A stretch of DNA of 64,000 bases from Candidatus Izemoplasmatales bacterium (GCA_050177605.1 JBFXGX010000002.1:1-64000); one strand, 5' to 3'; counted from the first letter of the stretch, positions 28,815 to 39,780 are shown. Program-made: numbers and translations. Notes: generated by a model not told the origin, from the sequence alone.

Positions 28815-30020
28815 ATGAACAAAAAAGTTTTTATTGTTGGTGCATTGCGTAGCCCCATCGGAAGTTATTTAGGTGCCTTAAAAGATACGCACCCATCGGA
28901 TTTTGGATCACAAGTTCTTTCAAAATTACTCGAAGTTACAAACGTACCTAAAGATAAAATTACTGAAGTTATTGTTGGAAATATTCTTCCAGCAGGAATT
29001 GGGCAAGGAATCGCAAGACAAATCTCCATTAAAGCAGGAGTTCCAGATAGTGTGCCAGCGTATTCGCTGAATATGGTCTGTGGTTCAGGGATGAAATCGA
29101 TGATGAACGGATTCATGGGAATTCAATCTGGCTTTTCCAGTATTGTCGTCGCTGGTGGCGTTGAGTCAATGAGTAGAACACCTTATCTTGTACCTGGAAA
29201 AGTACGTGATGGTGTTAAAATGGGCGACCTCACTTTAACTGATCACATGATTGGTGACGCTTTAACTGATGCATTTGGAAATATGCATATGGGAATTACC
29301 GCAGAAAATATTGCAAATAAATACAATATCTCAAGAGATGAACAAGACCATTTTGCGATGAACTCTCAAGAAAAAGCAATTGCGGCAATCGATGCGTTAA
29401 AATTTAAAGATGAAATTTGTCCAATTGAAATTAAAACAAGAAAAGAAACAATTCTTTTTGATACAGATGAGTATCCTAACAGAACAACATCTTTTGAAAA
29501 ACTTGGTAAACTAAGACCTGCTTTTGTAAAAGACGGAAGTGTTACCGCAGGAAATTCAAGTGGAATTAACGATGGCGCAAGTTTTACAATCTTAGCAAGT
29601 GAAGAAGCAGTGAAAGAAAATAACTTACCAGTATTAGCTGAAATTATCCAAATTGGACAAGGCGGGGTTGATCCTAATTTTATGGGTATGGGTCCTGTGC
29701 CAGCCATCCGCGATGTTTTACTTCGTGCAAATATGAAACTTTCAGAAGTTGAATTAATTGAACTCAATGAAGCTTTCGCAGCTCAAAGTATTGGCGTTGT
29801 AAAAGAATTAAGTTTAGAACATGGCGTAAGCGAAGAAGATATCTTCAAAATCACGAACGTGAATGGTGGAGCGATTGCCCTAGGCCATCCAGTAGGTGTC
29901 AGTGGAAATCGTATCGTTGTGACACTACTAAATGAAATGATCAAAAGAGATTTACATATAGGACTAGCAAGTTTATGTATCGGTGGCGGTATGGGCACAG
30001 CCATCATCATTAAAAGATAG
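28815..30020 (+). CDS. acetyl-CoA C-acetyltransferase (thiolase)
   Basis: NMVCGSG, GVESMS, NEAFAAQ, GHPVG.SG, CIGGGMG. Confidence 0.95.
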   Translation: MNKKVFIVGALRSPIGSYLGALKDTHPSDFGSQVLSKLLEVTNVPKDKITEVIVGNILPAGIGQGIARQISIKAGVPDSVPAYSLNMVCGSGMKSMMNGFMGIQSGFSSIVVAGGVESMSRTPYLVPGKVRDGVKMGDLTLTDHMIGDALTDAFGNMHMGITAENIANKYNISRDEQDHFAMNSQEKAIAAIDALKFKDEICPIEIKTRKETILFDTDEYPNRTTSFEKLGKLRPAFVKDGSVTAGNSSGINDGASFTILASEEAVKENNLPVLAEIIQIGQGGVDPNFMGMGPVPAIRDVLLRANMKLSEVELIELNEAFAAQSIGVVKELSLEHGVSEEDIFKITNVNGGAIALGHPVGVSGNRIVVTLLNEMIKRDLHIGLASLCIGGGMGTAIIIKR

Positions 30021-30034
30021 AGAGGAAAAATTAA

Positions 30035-30757
30035 ATGGAAAAATTAGCAGGTAAAGTCGCTGTTGTTACTGGTGGCGCAAAAGGTATTGGCGGAGAGATC
30101 GCTAAAGAATTCGCACGCAATGGCGCAACCGTTATTGCGGCCGATATGGGAGAATTATCCTTTGAACAAGAAAACGTTGTTGGATATAAATTAAATGTTG
30201 CAGATCCAGAAGGATGTAAAGTATTTTATGATGAAATCATTGAAAAATACGGGCACATTGATATTTTAGTGAACAATGCTGGTATCACAAGAGATTCAAT
30301 GACAAAGAAAATGACCGATGAAATGTGGGACCTTGTCTTAGATGTGAACTTAAAAGGATTATTTAACCTTGTTCGTTACATTGGACCTCAAATGGAAACC
30401 ATTGGTGGAGGATCTATCATTAACATTTCATCCGTCGTCGGTGTATTTGGAAATATTGGTCAAGCGAACTACGCTGCTTCAAAAGCAGGCGTGATTGGAT
30501 TAACAATGACTTGGGCGAAAGAATTCGCAAGAAAAGGTGTTCCTGTTAGAGTGAACGCTATCGCTCCTGGATATGTTATGACAGATATCTTGAAGACTGT
30601 TCCACAAGATTTACTTGATCAATTTGCAGCCTTAACAATGTTAAAAAGACTTGGACAACCAGAAGAAATTTCAAAAGTTGCGTTATTCCTAGCAAGCGAT
30701 GACTCCTCTTATATTACTGGACAAACATTAAACGTTAACGGTGGAATGCGTTTATAA
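30035..30757 (+). CDS. SDR: 3-oxoacyl/acetoacetyl-CoA reductase (FabG/PhaB-like)
   Basis: TGGAKGIG, NNAGITRD, GQANYAASK, NGG. Confidence 0.92.
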   Translation: MEKLAGKVAVVTGGAKGIGGEIAKEFARNGATVIAADMGELSFEQENVVGYKLNVADPEGCKVFYDEIIEKYGHIDILVNNAGITRDSMTKKMTDEMWDLVLDVNLKGLFNLVRYIGPQMETIGGGSIINISSVVGVFGNIGQANYAASKAGVIGLTMTWAKEFARKGVPVRVNAIAPGYVMTDILKTVPQDLLDQFAALTMLKRLGQPEEISKVALFLASDDSSYITGQTLNVNGGMRL

Positions 30758-30788
30758 TTACTAAACTATAAAAGAAAGAAGTGAAATA

Positions 30789-31811
30789 ATGGAAAAACCA
30801 ACTGTAGGCATTGTTGGAACAGGAATCTATCTTCCCAAAGAAAAAATGACCGCAAAAGAAATCAGCGAGAAAACAAACGGTGTATGGAGTGAAGAAGCTG
30901 TTATTCAAAAACTAGGGATTGTTGAAAAAACGATTCCAGGTGAAAATGACGGAACACAAGAAATGGGTGTAAAAGCCGCTCTTGACGCACTTAAAAATAC
31001 TGGCGTAGATCCAAAAGAAATTGATGTTGTGATTTGTGTTGGTGAAGAATGGAAAGAATATCCTCTAACAACAAGTGCTCTTTATATTCAAGATCAAATT
31101 GGCGCAACGAACGCATGGGGAATCGACGTTCAAAACAGATGTTGTACGACTGTTTCAGCATTAAAGATGGCGAAAGACATGTTAATCGCTGACGATGATA
31201 TCCATATGATTATGGTCGTAGGTGGTTATCGAAACGGTGATTTCGTCGACTATACTGATAAAGATATGTCGATGATGTTTAACCTTGGCGCAGGTGGCGG
31301 AGCAATCATCTTGAAGAAAAACTATGGGAAGAATTTGTTACTAGGTTCTCATATCATCGGTGATGGATCCTTAGCAAGAACCGCTGGAGTCGAAATCGGT
31401 GGGACATGTAACCCAATTACAAAAGACAACCTTGAAGAAGCTAAAAAATCATTACGTTTAATGGACCCAGTGAAAATGAAAACAAGACTTAACGAAGTTT
31501 CGATGCCAAACTGGTACAAATGTATTGATGAATCACTAAGAAAATCTGGAATGACAAAGAAAGATTTAGATTTTATGGCGATTCTTCATATTAAACGTAG
31601 TGGACATCTATCGCTATTACAAGATTACGGTTTAACCGAAGACCAAACAATTTATTTAGAACACTATGGTCATATTGGTCAAATCGATCAAATATTATCA
31701 CTTCACTTAGCGCTCCAAACTGGACAAGTTCAGGATGGTAGTGTTGTCTGTATGTTGGCGGCAGGAATTGGATATGTTTGGGCCGCAAACATTGTGAAGT
31801 GGGGAGCTTAA
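30789..31811 (+). CDS. FabH-like (KAS III/thiolase-fold) acyltransferase
   Basis: GTGIYLP, catalytic Cys in NRCCT, ILH, YGHIG, AAGIGY.W. Confidence 0.85.
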   Translation: MEKPTVGIVGTGIYLPKEKMTAKEISEKTNGVWSEEAVIQKLGIVEKTIPGENDGTQEMGVKAALDALKNTGVDPKEIDVVICVGEEWKEYPLTTSALYIQDQIGATNAWGIDVQNRCCTTVSALKMAKDMLIADDDIHMIMVVGGYRNGDFVDYTDKDMSMMFNLGAGGGAIILKKNYGKNLLLGSHIIGDGSLARTAGVEIGGTCNPITKDNLEEAKKSLRLMDPVKMKTRLNEVSMPNWYKCIDESLRKSGMTKKDLDFMAILHIKRSGHLSLLQDYGLTEDQTIYLEHYGHIGQIDQILSLHLALQTGQVQDGSVVCMLAAGIGYVWAANIVKWGA

Positions 31812-31812
31812 G

Positions 31813-32919
31813 GTGCTCTTTGATACATCTCAGTTTTGGAATCATTTATTACTCTTCTTAGTCATTGCATTTGTTTTATTTTTAGTACTAGACAGAATTG
31901 TCTTAAGAAAGCATGAGAAGAGAAGTAAAATCCAAAATTTGATGATTAATATACTACTTGTTGCTGGACTGATCTATTTATTTGAAGAAATGATTCAAAT
32001 AATCGGCTTTTATCTGTTCATGCAATCAATATTAAACTCTGTGGCGAATATTTGTGTTCTAGTACTCGCTACTACCGGAATTGTACTCATCTTCAAGACA
32101 TCATTTACAACAAACTTTGCTCAAGGAATGATTGCTACTTTTGGTGCGTATGTTGCGGCAAAATTAATCCAATATTTTGCAGCATCAACCCTTGGGCTTA
32201 GCCAATCAATGACGGTTGTTTACGCAATGATTGGTAGTGCATTCACCGCATTCTTATTAGGTGTATTTATCGATACAGTCATCATTAGACATGCAAAAAA
32301 CGTGACGTCTGTTGGAAAACAAATGATTACAATGGGACTCGTTCTTGTTTTTTCGGGAATGATGCCAATCGTATTTGGTATTTTACCACTGGAAATTCCA
32401 CGTTTTAGTTATGATATTGTACCGGTGACCATGTTTGGCTTAGCGTTAACTATTTCAAAACAAGCTTTAATCGCTTTGGCAATTACTGTTGTTTTGTTAA
32501 CATTATTATTCTCTGCACTTCGCTTTACAAAATGGGGCTTAGGTGTAAGAGCGACAGCTTCCAATGAAAGAGTCGCTTCAATGATGGGTGTAAACACAAA
32601 GATCATCACAGCGATGAGTTGGGCGATTGCTGGTGCACTCGGTGGTGTTGCGGCAGTACTCCAAACACCTGTTAGTACGCAAGTGAGTGTCGTTTTGATG
32701 GTTCCAACGCAAGTCAACGGATTTATGGCATCTATTTTAGGAAGTTTTTCTTCCTTCTTAGGACCTTTAGTAAGTGCCATTTTGATACCAATATTAACTG
32801 GATTATTCTCTTATCTTGTTGGATTATGGTCCAATGCGTTAACTTACCTATTTATTTTATTAATCGTTTTGGTAAAGCCTCTTGGCTTATTCGGAAAACG
32901 AATTGCAAAGAAGGTGTAA
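31813..32919 (+). CDS. LivH-like ABC transporter permease
   Basis: NFAQG, TKWGLGVRA, A..MGVN. Confidence 0.9.
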   Translation: MLFDTSQFWNHLLLFLVIAFVLFLVLDRIVLRKHEKRSKIQNLMINILLVAGLIYLFEEMIQIIGFYLFMQSILNSVANICVLVLATTGIVLIFKTSFTTNFAQGMIATFGAYVAAKLIQYFAASTLGLSQSMTVVYAMIGSAFTAFLLGVFIDTVIIRHAKNVTSVGKQMITMGLVLVFSGMMPIVFGILPLEIPRFSYDIVPVTMFGLALTISKQALIALAITVVLLTLLFSALRFTKWGLGVRATASNERVASMMGVNTKIITAMSWAIAGALGGVAAVLQTPVSTQVSVVLMVPTQVNGFMASILGSFSSFLGPLVSAILIPILTGLFSYLVGLWSNALTYLFILLIVLVKPLGLFGKRIAKKV

Positions 32920-32922
32920 ATC

Positions 32923-34005
32923 ATGAACTTTTTCAGCGAATTATCAATGGAACGTAAAATGAAAATCAAATCGATTCTCAATCATCCCTATTTTGGCTTT
33001 TTCATTATCACCTTCTTAATGTTCTTTGTCCAAATCCTAAGTTTTCTAGGTGTGAATGTCCCTATTTCTGTGATGAGAGCCTTTGGGTTAACAATGATTT
33101 ATATTATCATCGCACTCGGATTTTCAATCTTGCTAGGATATGCTGGACTTGCATCATTAGGTACAGCTGGATTTGTAGGAGTTGGAACTTATATCTTAGG
33201 ATATTTGTCGAACACGCTCCATTATGGATTTATTTCGATTTTAGTGATTGCGATTTTAATTGCCATCTTAATTGGAGTCATTGTTGGTTTTATCTCTCTT
33301 CGTATCGAAGGGATGTACTTAGCAATTATTACTTTAGGACTCAGCGAAATCCTCAATGAAATCTTTAAAAATGCAACTGTTTATACGAATGGAACAAATG
33401 GTTTAGGAATCAATACACTTTATTTTTTCTCTCATCCGATTCCATTAAATGATAGTACTGTGTTTGTCTTTCTTTCCGTTATGCTATTTGTGATGATGGT
33501 ATTAACCCTTAACATCATTAAAAGCCCTACAGGAAGAGCAATGCTCGCAATGAGAAACTCAGAATCTGCAGCACAAGCGATGGGTGTGAGTGTATTTAAA
33601 TATCGTTTACTTGCGTTTATGATTTCCACAGTATATGCAGTTTTAGGTGGATATATCTATATGAGTTATTTTGCTTTCAGTATTCCTACATCTTGGTCAC
33701 TAAGTTTTTCACTCAATATTTTAGCAGCCGTAATTGTGGGTGGATCGCAATCGATTTATGGAATTCTCTTAGGAACATTTATGATTTTTGGACTCAACCT
33801 GAGCGTTTTACAACAAATTTCATTCTTCCAAAACAATCCTGCAATCAGTATCGTCTTTAATGGTGTATTAATTATTGTCGTTATTATGTTTTACCCTGGT
33901 GGATTGGTACGTTTAATTCAAACACTCTATTACAAACTTAAAAAAGCATTACATCAATTACATGAGAAATGGAGACTGTATAAGTATGGACCTGATCCTG
34001 AATAA
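32923..34005 (+). CDS. LivM-like ABC transporter permease
   Basis: GYAGLASLG, G.YLAIITLG, S.TGRA..A.R.SE.AA.AMG. Confidence 0.9.
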   Translation: MNFFSELSMERKMKIKSILNHPYFGFFIITFLMFFVQILSFLGVNVPISVMRAFGLTMIYIIIALGFSILLGYAGLASLGTAGFVGVGTYILGYLSNTLHYGFISILVIAILIAILIGVIVGFISLRIEGMYLAIITLGLSEILNEIFKNATVYTNGTNGLGINTLYFFSHPIPLNDSTVFVFLSVMLFVMMVLTLNIIKSPTGRAMLAMRNSESAAQAMGVSVFKYRLLAFMISTVYAVLGGYIYMSYFAFSIPTSWSLSFSLNILAAVIVGGSQSIYGILLGTFMIFGLNLSVLQQISFFQNNPAISIVFNGVLIIVVIMFYPGGLVRLIQTLYYKLKKALHQLHEKWRLYKYGPDPE

Positions 34006-35392
34006 GATCTGGAGATGGTTCTGGACCAATCTTCTTAGATATTATCAAAAAAAGAAAGAATATTATCAAGGTTTTCTACCTGTGTATAAAACGAGAGAAG
34101 AAAACAAACTTGTCAAAAGAAATCATCTTATTGACTTGAAAATCGAACGTGCGAATTTAAAATTAGCGATTTTCAAACATGAGTCAAATGTATTAGTAAA
34201 AAAATATCACGCATATCAACTTGAAAAACTGACACACAAGTTTGATTTAAAAAGACGAGCACTGAAACAAAAGGAAAAACGTGCTCAAGCTGCAAGTTCA
34301 AATACTTATTCGTTTCCTAGTCTATTAAAGAAACTAGATGTAAATTTTGAAAATGCAAAATCAAAACTTGAAATGAAATACTTCCAAGCAACACCAATCT
34401 TATTTCAAGATACTTGGGAAACATACCTAGGAAAGACAGTCAAAAGACTTGAAACTAGAAAAACGAAACTTGCAAAAGTATCAGCAAAGAAAATGAGTAA
34501 GAAATTGACTCAAATTGAAGCGACGATTAAAAGTTCTATGAGAAGAATCGATAGTATCGCTTTACGTATTCAAAAGCTATCAAGAACGAATCCATACGAA
34601 CAAATGCTCGAAAGTGATACTTTATTAAAACTCGATGGATTATCAATGTATTTTGGTGGTTTAAAAGCTGTAGATAACCTTAGTTTTGAAGTTAAACAAG
34701 GTAGCATCTTTGGACTTATCGGTCCAAATGGGGCTGGAAAAACAACTGTGTTTAACTGTATTACTCGTTTTTACAAAGCGACCTATGGTAAGGTGTATTA
34801 CAGAAATCAAAGCAATGAGGTCATTTGTTTAAATGACTATGTTGTACACAATGTCATCAAAGAAGGAATCGTAAGAACATTTCAAAATGTGGAACTGATA
34901 TGGGAACTGAATGTCATCGACAACCTCCTAGTCGCAGCTCATACTATGTACCGTAGTTCCTTCTTCGGACATTTGTTTAATTCAAAAGTGCTTCGTCAAG
35001 AAGAATTAATCTTAAGAGAAAAAGCAATCAAAATATTGATTGATTTAGGGCTCCAAGATTATATGTACATGTATCCTCTTGGGCTTCCTTATGGAATCTT
35101 AAAAAAAGTAGAACTTGCAAGAACGTTGATGGCAAATCCAAAATTGATTATCCTCGATGAACCAGCAGCCGGACTAAATGATGCAGAAACAGAGAATCTA
35201 GCACATACAATCAAAAAAATTCGAGACCAATATCATACAACGATTTTCTTAGTTGAACATGATATGGGTCTGGTGATGGATATTTGTGATACTATCTGCG
35301 CCATTTCATTTGGTAAAAAACTTGCGATTGGATCGCCAAAGGATATTCAAAATTCTAGCGTTGTTCGAGACGCCTATTTGGGAGGTGAGTAA
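33986..35392 (+). CDS. LivG-like ABC ATPase with long basic N-terminal extension
   Basis: GPNGAGKTT, LPYG, LDEPAAG, EHDM; start moved to ATG 33986 by GGAG RBS. Confidence 0.88.
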   Translation: MDLILNKIWRWFWTNLLRYYQKKKEYYQGFLPVYKTREENKLVKRNHLIDLKIERANLKLAIFKHESNVLVKKYHAYQLEKLTHKFDLKRRALKQKEKRAQAASSNTYSFPSLLKKLDVNFENAKSKLEMKYFQATPILFQDTWETYLGKTVKRLETRKTKLAKVSAKKMSKKLTQIEATIKSSMRRIDSIALRIQKLSRTNPYEQMLESDTLLKLDGLSMYFGGLKAVDNLSFEVKQGSIFGLIGPNGAGKTTVFNCITRFYKATYGKVYYRNQSNEVICLNDYVVHNVIKEGIVRTFQNVELIWELNVIDNLLVAAHTMYRSSFFGHLFNSKVLRQEELILREKAIKILIDLGLQDYMYMYPLGLPYGILKKVELARTLMANPKLIILDEPAAGLNDAETENLAHTIKKIRDQYHTTIFLVEHDMGLVMDICDTICAISFGKKLAIGSPKDIQNSSVVRDAYLGGE

Positions 35393-35393
35393 T

Positions 35394-36137
35394 ATGGAAT
35401 CCATCTTACAAATAGAAAACCTCGTGGTCGATTATGGGATTATTCGTGCAATTAAAGGAATTGATTTAGATGTCAAAAAAGGAACGATTGTTGCGATTCT
35501 TGGCGCCAATGGTGCCGGGAAAACGACAACGATACGTACCGTGAATGGCGTCGTCAAAGCGGCAAGTGGTAAGATTCTTTTTAAAGGTCAAAATGTGACA
35601 AACATGGAACCTTATAAATTAGCCGCAAGAGGGATGATTCAATCTCCTGAAGGAAGATTAATCTTACGTGGACTGACTGTCGAAGAAAACTTATTGGTTG
35701 GAAGTTATTCAGTGAAATCAAAAATCATTGATGGACATCGAAAATCAGCGAAGAAGTTAGTTCAAGAATCACTAAAAGAAGTTTTTGAGTTATTTCCTGT
35801 TTTGTTTGAAAGAAGAAAGCAACAAGCATCAACTCTTTCTGGTGGTGAACAACAAATGTTAGCTATCGGAAGAGCACTGATGGGGCGACCAGATTTGTTA
35901 TTACTTGATGAGCCATCACTTGGACTCGCGCCACTAATCGTGCAAGATATTTTCAAAGCAATTGTAAAAATCAAAGAAAAAGGCACAACGATTTTAATTG
36001 TTGAACAAAATGCATATCAAACATTAAAAATCGCTGATGACGTGTATGTGCTTGAACTAGGAAAAGTGAAATCACATGCGACCCCAGAAGAATTACTCAA
36101 AGATAATCAACTCGTAAAAGCTTATCTTGGAGGATAA
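35394..36137 (+). CDS. LivF-like ABC ATPase
   Basis: GANGAGKTT, LSGGEQQM, LDEPSLGLAP; GGAGG RBS before ATG 35394. Confidence 0.92.
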   Translation: MESILQIENLVVDYGIIRAIKGIDLDVKKGTIVAILGANGAGKTTTIRTVNGVVKAASGKILFKGQNVTNMEPYKLAARGMIQSPEGRLILRGLTVEENLLVGSYSVKSKIIDGHRKSAKKLVQESLKEVFELFPVLFERRKQQASTLSGGEQQMLAIGRALMGRPDLLLLDEPSLGLAPLIVQDIFKAIVKIKEKGTTILIVEQNAYQTLKIADDVYVLELGKVKSHATPEELLKDNQLVKAYLGG

Positions 36138-36188
36138 ACCAAAGAAACTACCGGTAACCCCGGTTTAAATAAAAAAAAGGAGAAAAGT

Positions 36189-37571
36189 ATGAAAAAATTA
36201 GTAATGTTAGTTTTATCAGTTTTCGTTGGACTAGCGCTCGTTGCATGTACAAACGCAACAACTGAAGATACACAAACAGCGACTACAACAACAACGACTA
36301 CAACGACAACTGTAACAACTACAGGTGAAGAAGACTATGTTCAAGGTGTCACTGATACCACGATTAAAGTTGGAAACACTGCAGCTGTTTCTGGAGCATT
36401 CGCCGTTGTAGGTATTCCTTTCAATGATGCAATTAAAGCCGTTTTCAAACAAGTTAACGACGCTGGTGGTATCGGTGGAAGAACAATTGAATTTGTAACT
36501 TATGATGATCAATTCAACGCTGAACTAGGAGTTACTTACACAGAACAACTAGTTGAAGATGATGAAGTGTTCGCACTTGTTGGACATTTCGGTACACCTA
36601 CAGTTGGTGCTACACTTAGTTACATTCAAGAACAAGGTGTTCCAATGGTTTATGCCGCAACTGGTATCAACAGTTTATACTTCGAAGAAACACCTGGAAA
36701 CCCAATCATGGCTGTTCAACCAATCTATTTAACAGATGGTAGAATCATGACTGCAAGAGCATTCCAAGAATCATTATATGGAACGAACCATGATGAAGCT
36801 TTAGCAGATACAGCTAAAGTTGGTGTTCTTTATACAAATGATGACGTCGGAAACTCTATCAAAGCTGGTGTTGAAACTGAAGCCGCTGCTCTTGGTATTT
36901 CTGCATCAAGATTAGTTTACATTGCTGTAACTGCTGAAACAGCTGTATCAGCTGTTGCTTACTTAAAAGCATTTAATGTTTCGTCTGTAATCTTAGCTAT
37001 GAACCAAGCTCCATTTGCTTATACTTTAAACGCAATGTATGATGCTCAATTAGAAGTTCCAGTATTTACTTCTTATGTAAATGCAGACATCACTGCAGTT
37101 GACCATTTAAAATATTCAGTAGATCGTCCAATTTATACAAATGCATGGGTTGATGTTTATTCAACAAAAGGTCAAGAAGATGTTCAAGCTTATATCGCTT
37201 GTATTAGCAATGCAGACCTTGACGAAGCTACAAAAACAGCGTATTATGGAAATAGCTTTGCTATCGCTGGATATATCGCTGCAACTGTATTTGTTGAAGG
37301 ATTAAAAAGAGTTGATGCAGCTGGGTTAGACTTAACTTGGGCAAATTACATCGCTATGATGGAAGATGGTCCTATCAGCATCCCTATGGGTGGTGTTGTT
37401 GACTTCTCTAATGGACATCGTTGGGGTATCGCTTCAATGAGTTTACTACAATACACTTATGGTTTAGGAGATAATCCTGCTACTACAGATGTTACTGAAA
37501 CTGATTATTTAACTGAAGCATTCGTAAAAATTAGAGAAATTGAAACAATTTCTGAGATTGAAGCAAAATAA
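36189..37571 (+). CDS. ABC substrate-binding lipoprotein (Liv-type fold)
   Basis: lipobox LVAC, poly-Thr tether, QGVTDTTIKVG, N.AGGIGGR.I, DD.F. Confidence 0.9.
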   Translation: MKKLVMLVLSVFVGLALVACTNATTEDTQTATTTTTTTTTTVTTTGEEDYVQGVTDTTIKVGNTAAVSGAFAVVGIPFNDAIKAVFKQVNDAGGIGGRTIEFVTYDDQFNAELGVTYTEQLVEDDEVFALVGHFGTPTVGATLSYIQEQGVPMVYAATGINSLYFEETPGNPIMAVQPIYLTDGRIMTARAFQESLYGTNHDEALADTAKVGVLYTNDDVGNSIKAGVETEAAALGISASRLVYIAVTAETAVSAVAYLKAFNVSSVILAMNQAPFAYTLNAMYDAQLEVPVFTSYVNADITAVDHLKYSVDRPIYTNAWVDVYSTKGQEDVQAYIACISNADLDEATKTAYYGNSFAIAGYIAATVFVEGLKRVDAAGLDLTWANYIAMMEDGPISIPMGGVVDFSNGHRWGIASMSLLQYTYGLGDNPATTDVTETDYLTEAFVKIREIETISEIEAK

Positions 37572-37655
37572 TTTAACTCATTAATGATTGATCGTTTTGT
37601 GAGGGAGGGATTTTCCTCCCTTACTAACGATAATAGAAAGATAGGTAGATGAAGA

Positions 37656-38966
37656 ATGAAAACACCTCAAACAATTAAAATAGAACAACTGATTGATTTA
37701 ATCCAAAACGATTTTGACATCGTTGTTGGTATGGCTGGTTCTGAACCGCAATCCTTTATGACACACCTACACTTGGCAGCTGACCGTTTGAAAAACGTAA
37801 CTGTCACAAATTGTCTTCCTTTTGCTAGTGGCGATTTTTACCTTGATGAAAAATATGCGAAGACATTTAACCTCGATACTTGGTTTTATTCAGGTACCTT
37901 AAGAAAAGCCCATAAACATGGAAATATATCGTTTATTCCAAATCACTTGCATTTTGCTGGGAAGAAACGTTTAGATTATAAAACACCAGACCTATTTATC
38001 GGTTGTGCAACTCCGCCTGATAAAAATGGTTTCATTTCTCTTTCTTTATCAAATGTATATGAAAGAGAAGTTCTTGATCAAGCAAGAATTGTTGCATTTG
38101 AAATTAACCCTAATTTTCCGAGAACGCTTGGCGATTTGGAAGTTCATATTAGTGAAATTGATTATTTAATTGAAGTGGATTATGAAGCGCCTACGATTCC
38201 TAATTTAGATCCAAATGAAAAGGATACGTTAATCGGAAATTTAATCGCTGCAGAAATTCATGATGGGGATACCATACAACTTGGGATTGGTGGCATCCCA
38301 AATGCTGTATCAAAAGCGTTATTTAATAAGAAAGATTTAGGAATCCATACTGAAATGTTTACTAGTGGAATGATGGATTTGATTAAGGCCGGAGCCATTA
38401 ACGGTAAGAAGAAATCATTACATCCTGGAAAACATGTTTGTTGTTTCGCTTTAGGGACAAAAGAACTCTATGATTTCATCGATGATAACCCATCAGTGAT
38501 GGTTTTAAATGGTGCATATGTCAATGATCCTGCGATTATTGGGCTCAATGACAACCAAGTTTCGATTAACTCTACGCTCGAGATTGATTTAACAGGACAA
38601 TGTGCCTCAGAGTCAATCGGTACGATGCAGTTTTCGGGAACAGGTGGTCAAAGTGATACAGCAGTTGGAGCACAAAACGCTAAAAATGGTCGTTCGTTTA
38701 TGGCGCTTTATTCAACAGCGATGGTTCGAAATCCAGAAACTGGTGAAAAAGAAGAAGTATCAAAAATTGTTCCGATGTTAAAACAAGGGGCTGCCGTTTC
38801 TTTATCTAGAAATGATGTTGACTATGTTGTCACTGAATATGGTATGGTCCATCTACGTGGTACAAATTTACGTGAACGTGCTAAATTATTAATCTCTATT
38901 GCACATCCTGCTTTTAGAGAAGAACTCACAAAACAAGCCGTTGAAGCTGGATTTATCCATGAGTAA
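37656..38966 (+). CDS. acetyl-CoA hydrolase/transferase (4-hydroxybutyrate CoA-transferase-like)
   Basis: QLGIGGIPNA, HTEM, GTGGQ.D, VVTEYG, IAHP.FR. Confidence 0.9.
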   Translation: MKTPQTIKIEQLIDLIQNDFDIVVGMAGSEPQSFMTHLHLAADRLKNVTVTNCLPFASGDFYLDEKYAKTFNLDTWFYSGTLRKAHKHGNISFIPNHLHFAGKKRLDYKTPDLFIGCATPPDKNGFISLSLSNVYEREVLDQARIVAFEINPNFPRTLGDLEVHISEIDYLIEVDYEAPTIPNLDPNEKDTLIGNLIAAEIHDGDTIQLGIGGIPNAVSKALFNKKDLGIHTEMFTSGMMDLIKAGAINGKKKSLHPGKHVCCFALGTKELYDFIDDNPSVMVLNGAYVNDPAIIGLNDNQVSINSTLEIDLTGQCASESIGTMQFSGTGGQSDTAVGAQNAKNGRSFMALYSTAMVRNPETGEKEEVSKIVPMLKQGAAVSLSRNDVDYVVTEYGMVHLRGTNLRERAKLLISIAHPAFREELTKQAVEAGFIHE

Positions 38967-39780
38967 TTTTGAATATTTGGGACGGAATGTCTTTTACGAA
39001 ATAGATGGTGAAGGAAAACCGCTGATTATATTAAATGGAATTATGATGTCAACAAAATCTTGGCAACCATTTATTCCTTCCTTAAAAGAGTATTTTAAAG
39101 TGATTCGACTTGATTTTTTAGATCAAGGCCAATCGGATAAACTTGTTGGCGCGACTTACACGCAAACATTACAAGTTGATTTATTAGCCGCTTTTATTTC
39201 CTTTTTGAATTTAGATAAAGTCAATCTTTGTGGTATTTCATATGGTGGAGAAGTGGCACTAGGATTTGCGACGAAATATCCTCAGATGGTGAATCGGCTT
39301 ATGTTATTTAATACAACCGCATATACAAGCCCTTGGCTTCAAGATATCGGTCGTGGATGGATTGCTGCAGGGAAAACAAGAGATGGCAAACATTATTATC
39401 AAACAACCATTCCTGTCATCTACTCACCAACTTTTTATGAACAAAAATTAGATTGGATGAAAAAAAGAGAACAAGTTCTGATTCCTGTTTTTTCAAATCC
39501 AGTCTTCCTAGATCAAATGGAAAGACTTACCTTGAGTGCAGAGAGTTATGATGTTCGCGACCACCTAGATTTAGTGAAAGCTCCGACAATGATTGTATCT
39601 GCAGAACAAGATTATTTAACTCCAATGGAAAATCAAGAATATTTGCATCAACATATTGAGAATTCTCATCTCGTAAAAATTCCTTTTGCTGGACATGCAT
39701 CTATGTATGAGAAACCACTCTTATTTACCTCATTTGTCATTGGCTTTTTTGGTGTAAAAGACACTATTTATCCTATATAA
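38959..39780 (+). CDS. alpha/beta hydrolase
   Basis: GISYGG nucleophile elbow, D, GH; start moved to ATG 38959. Confidence 0.88.
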   Translation: MSNFEYLGRNVFYEIDGEGKPLIILNGIMMSTKSWQPFIPSLKEYFKVIRLDFLDQGQSDKLVGATYTQTLQVDLLAAFISFLNLDKVNLCGISYGGEVALGFATKYPQMVNRLMLFNTTAYTSPWLQDIGRGWIAAGKTRDGKHYYQTTIPVIYSPTFYEQKLDWMKKREQVLIPVFSNPVFLDQMERLTLSAESYDVRDHLDLVKAPTMIVSAEQDYLTPMENQEYLHQHIENSHLVKIPFAGHASMYEKPLLFTSFVIGFFGVKDTIYPI

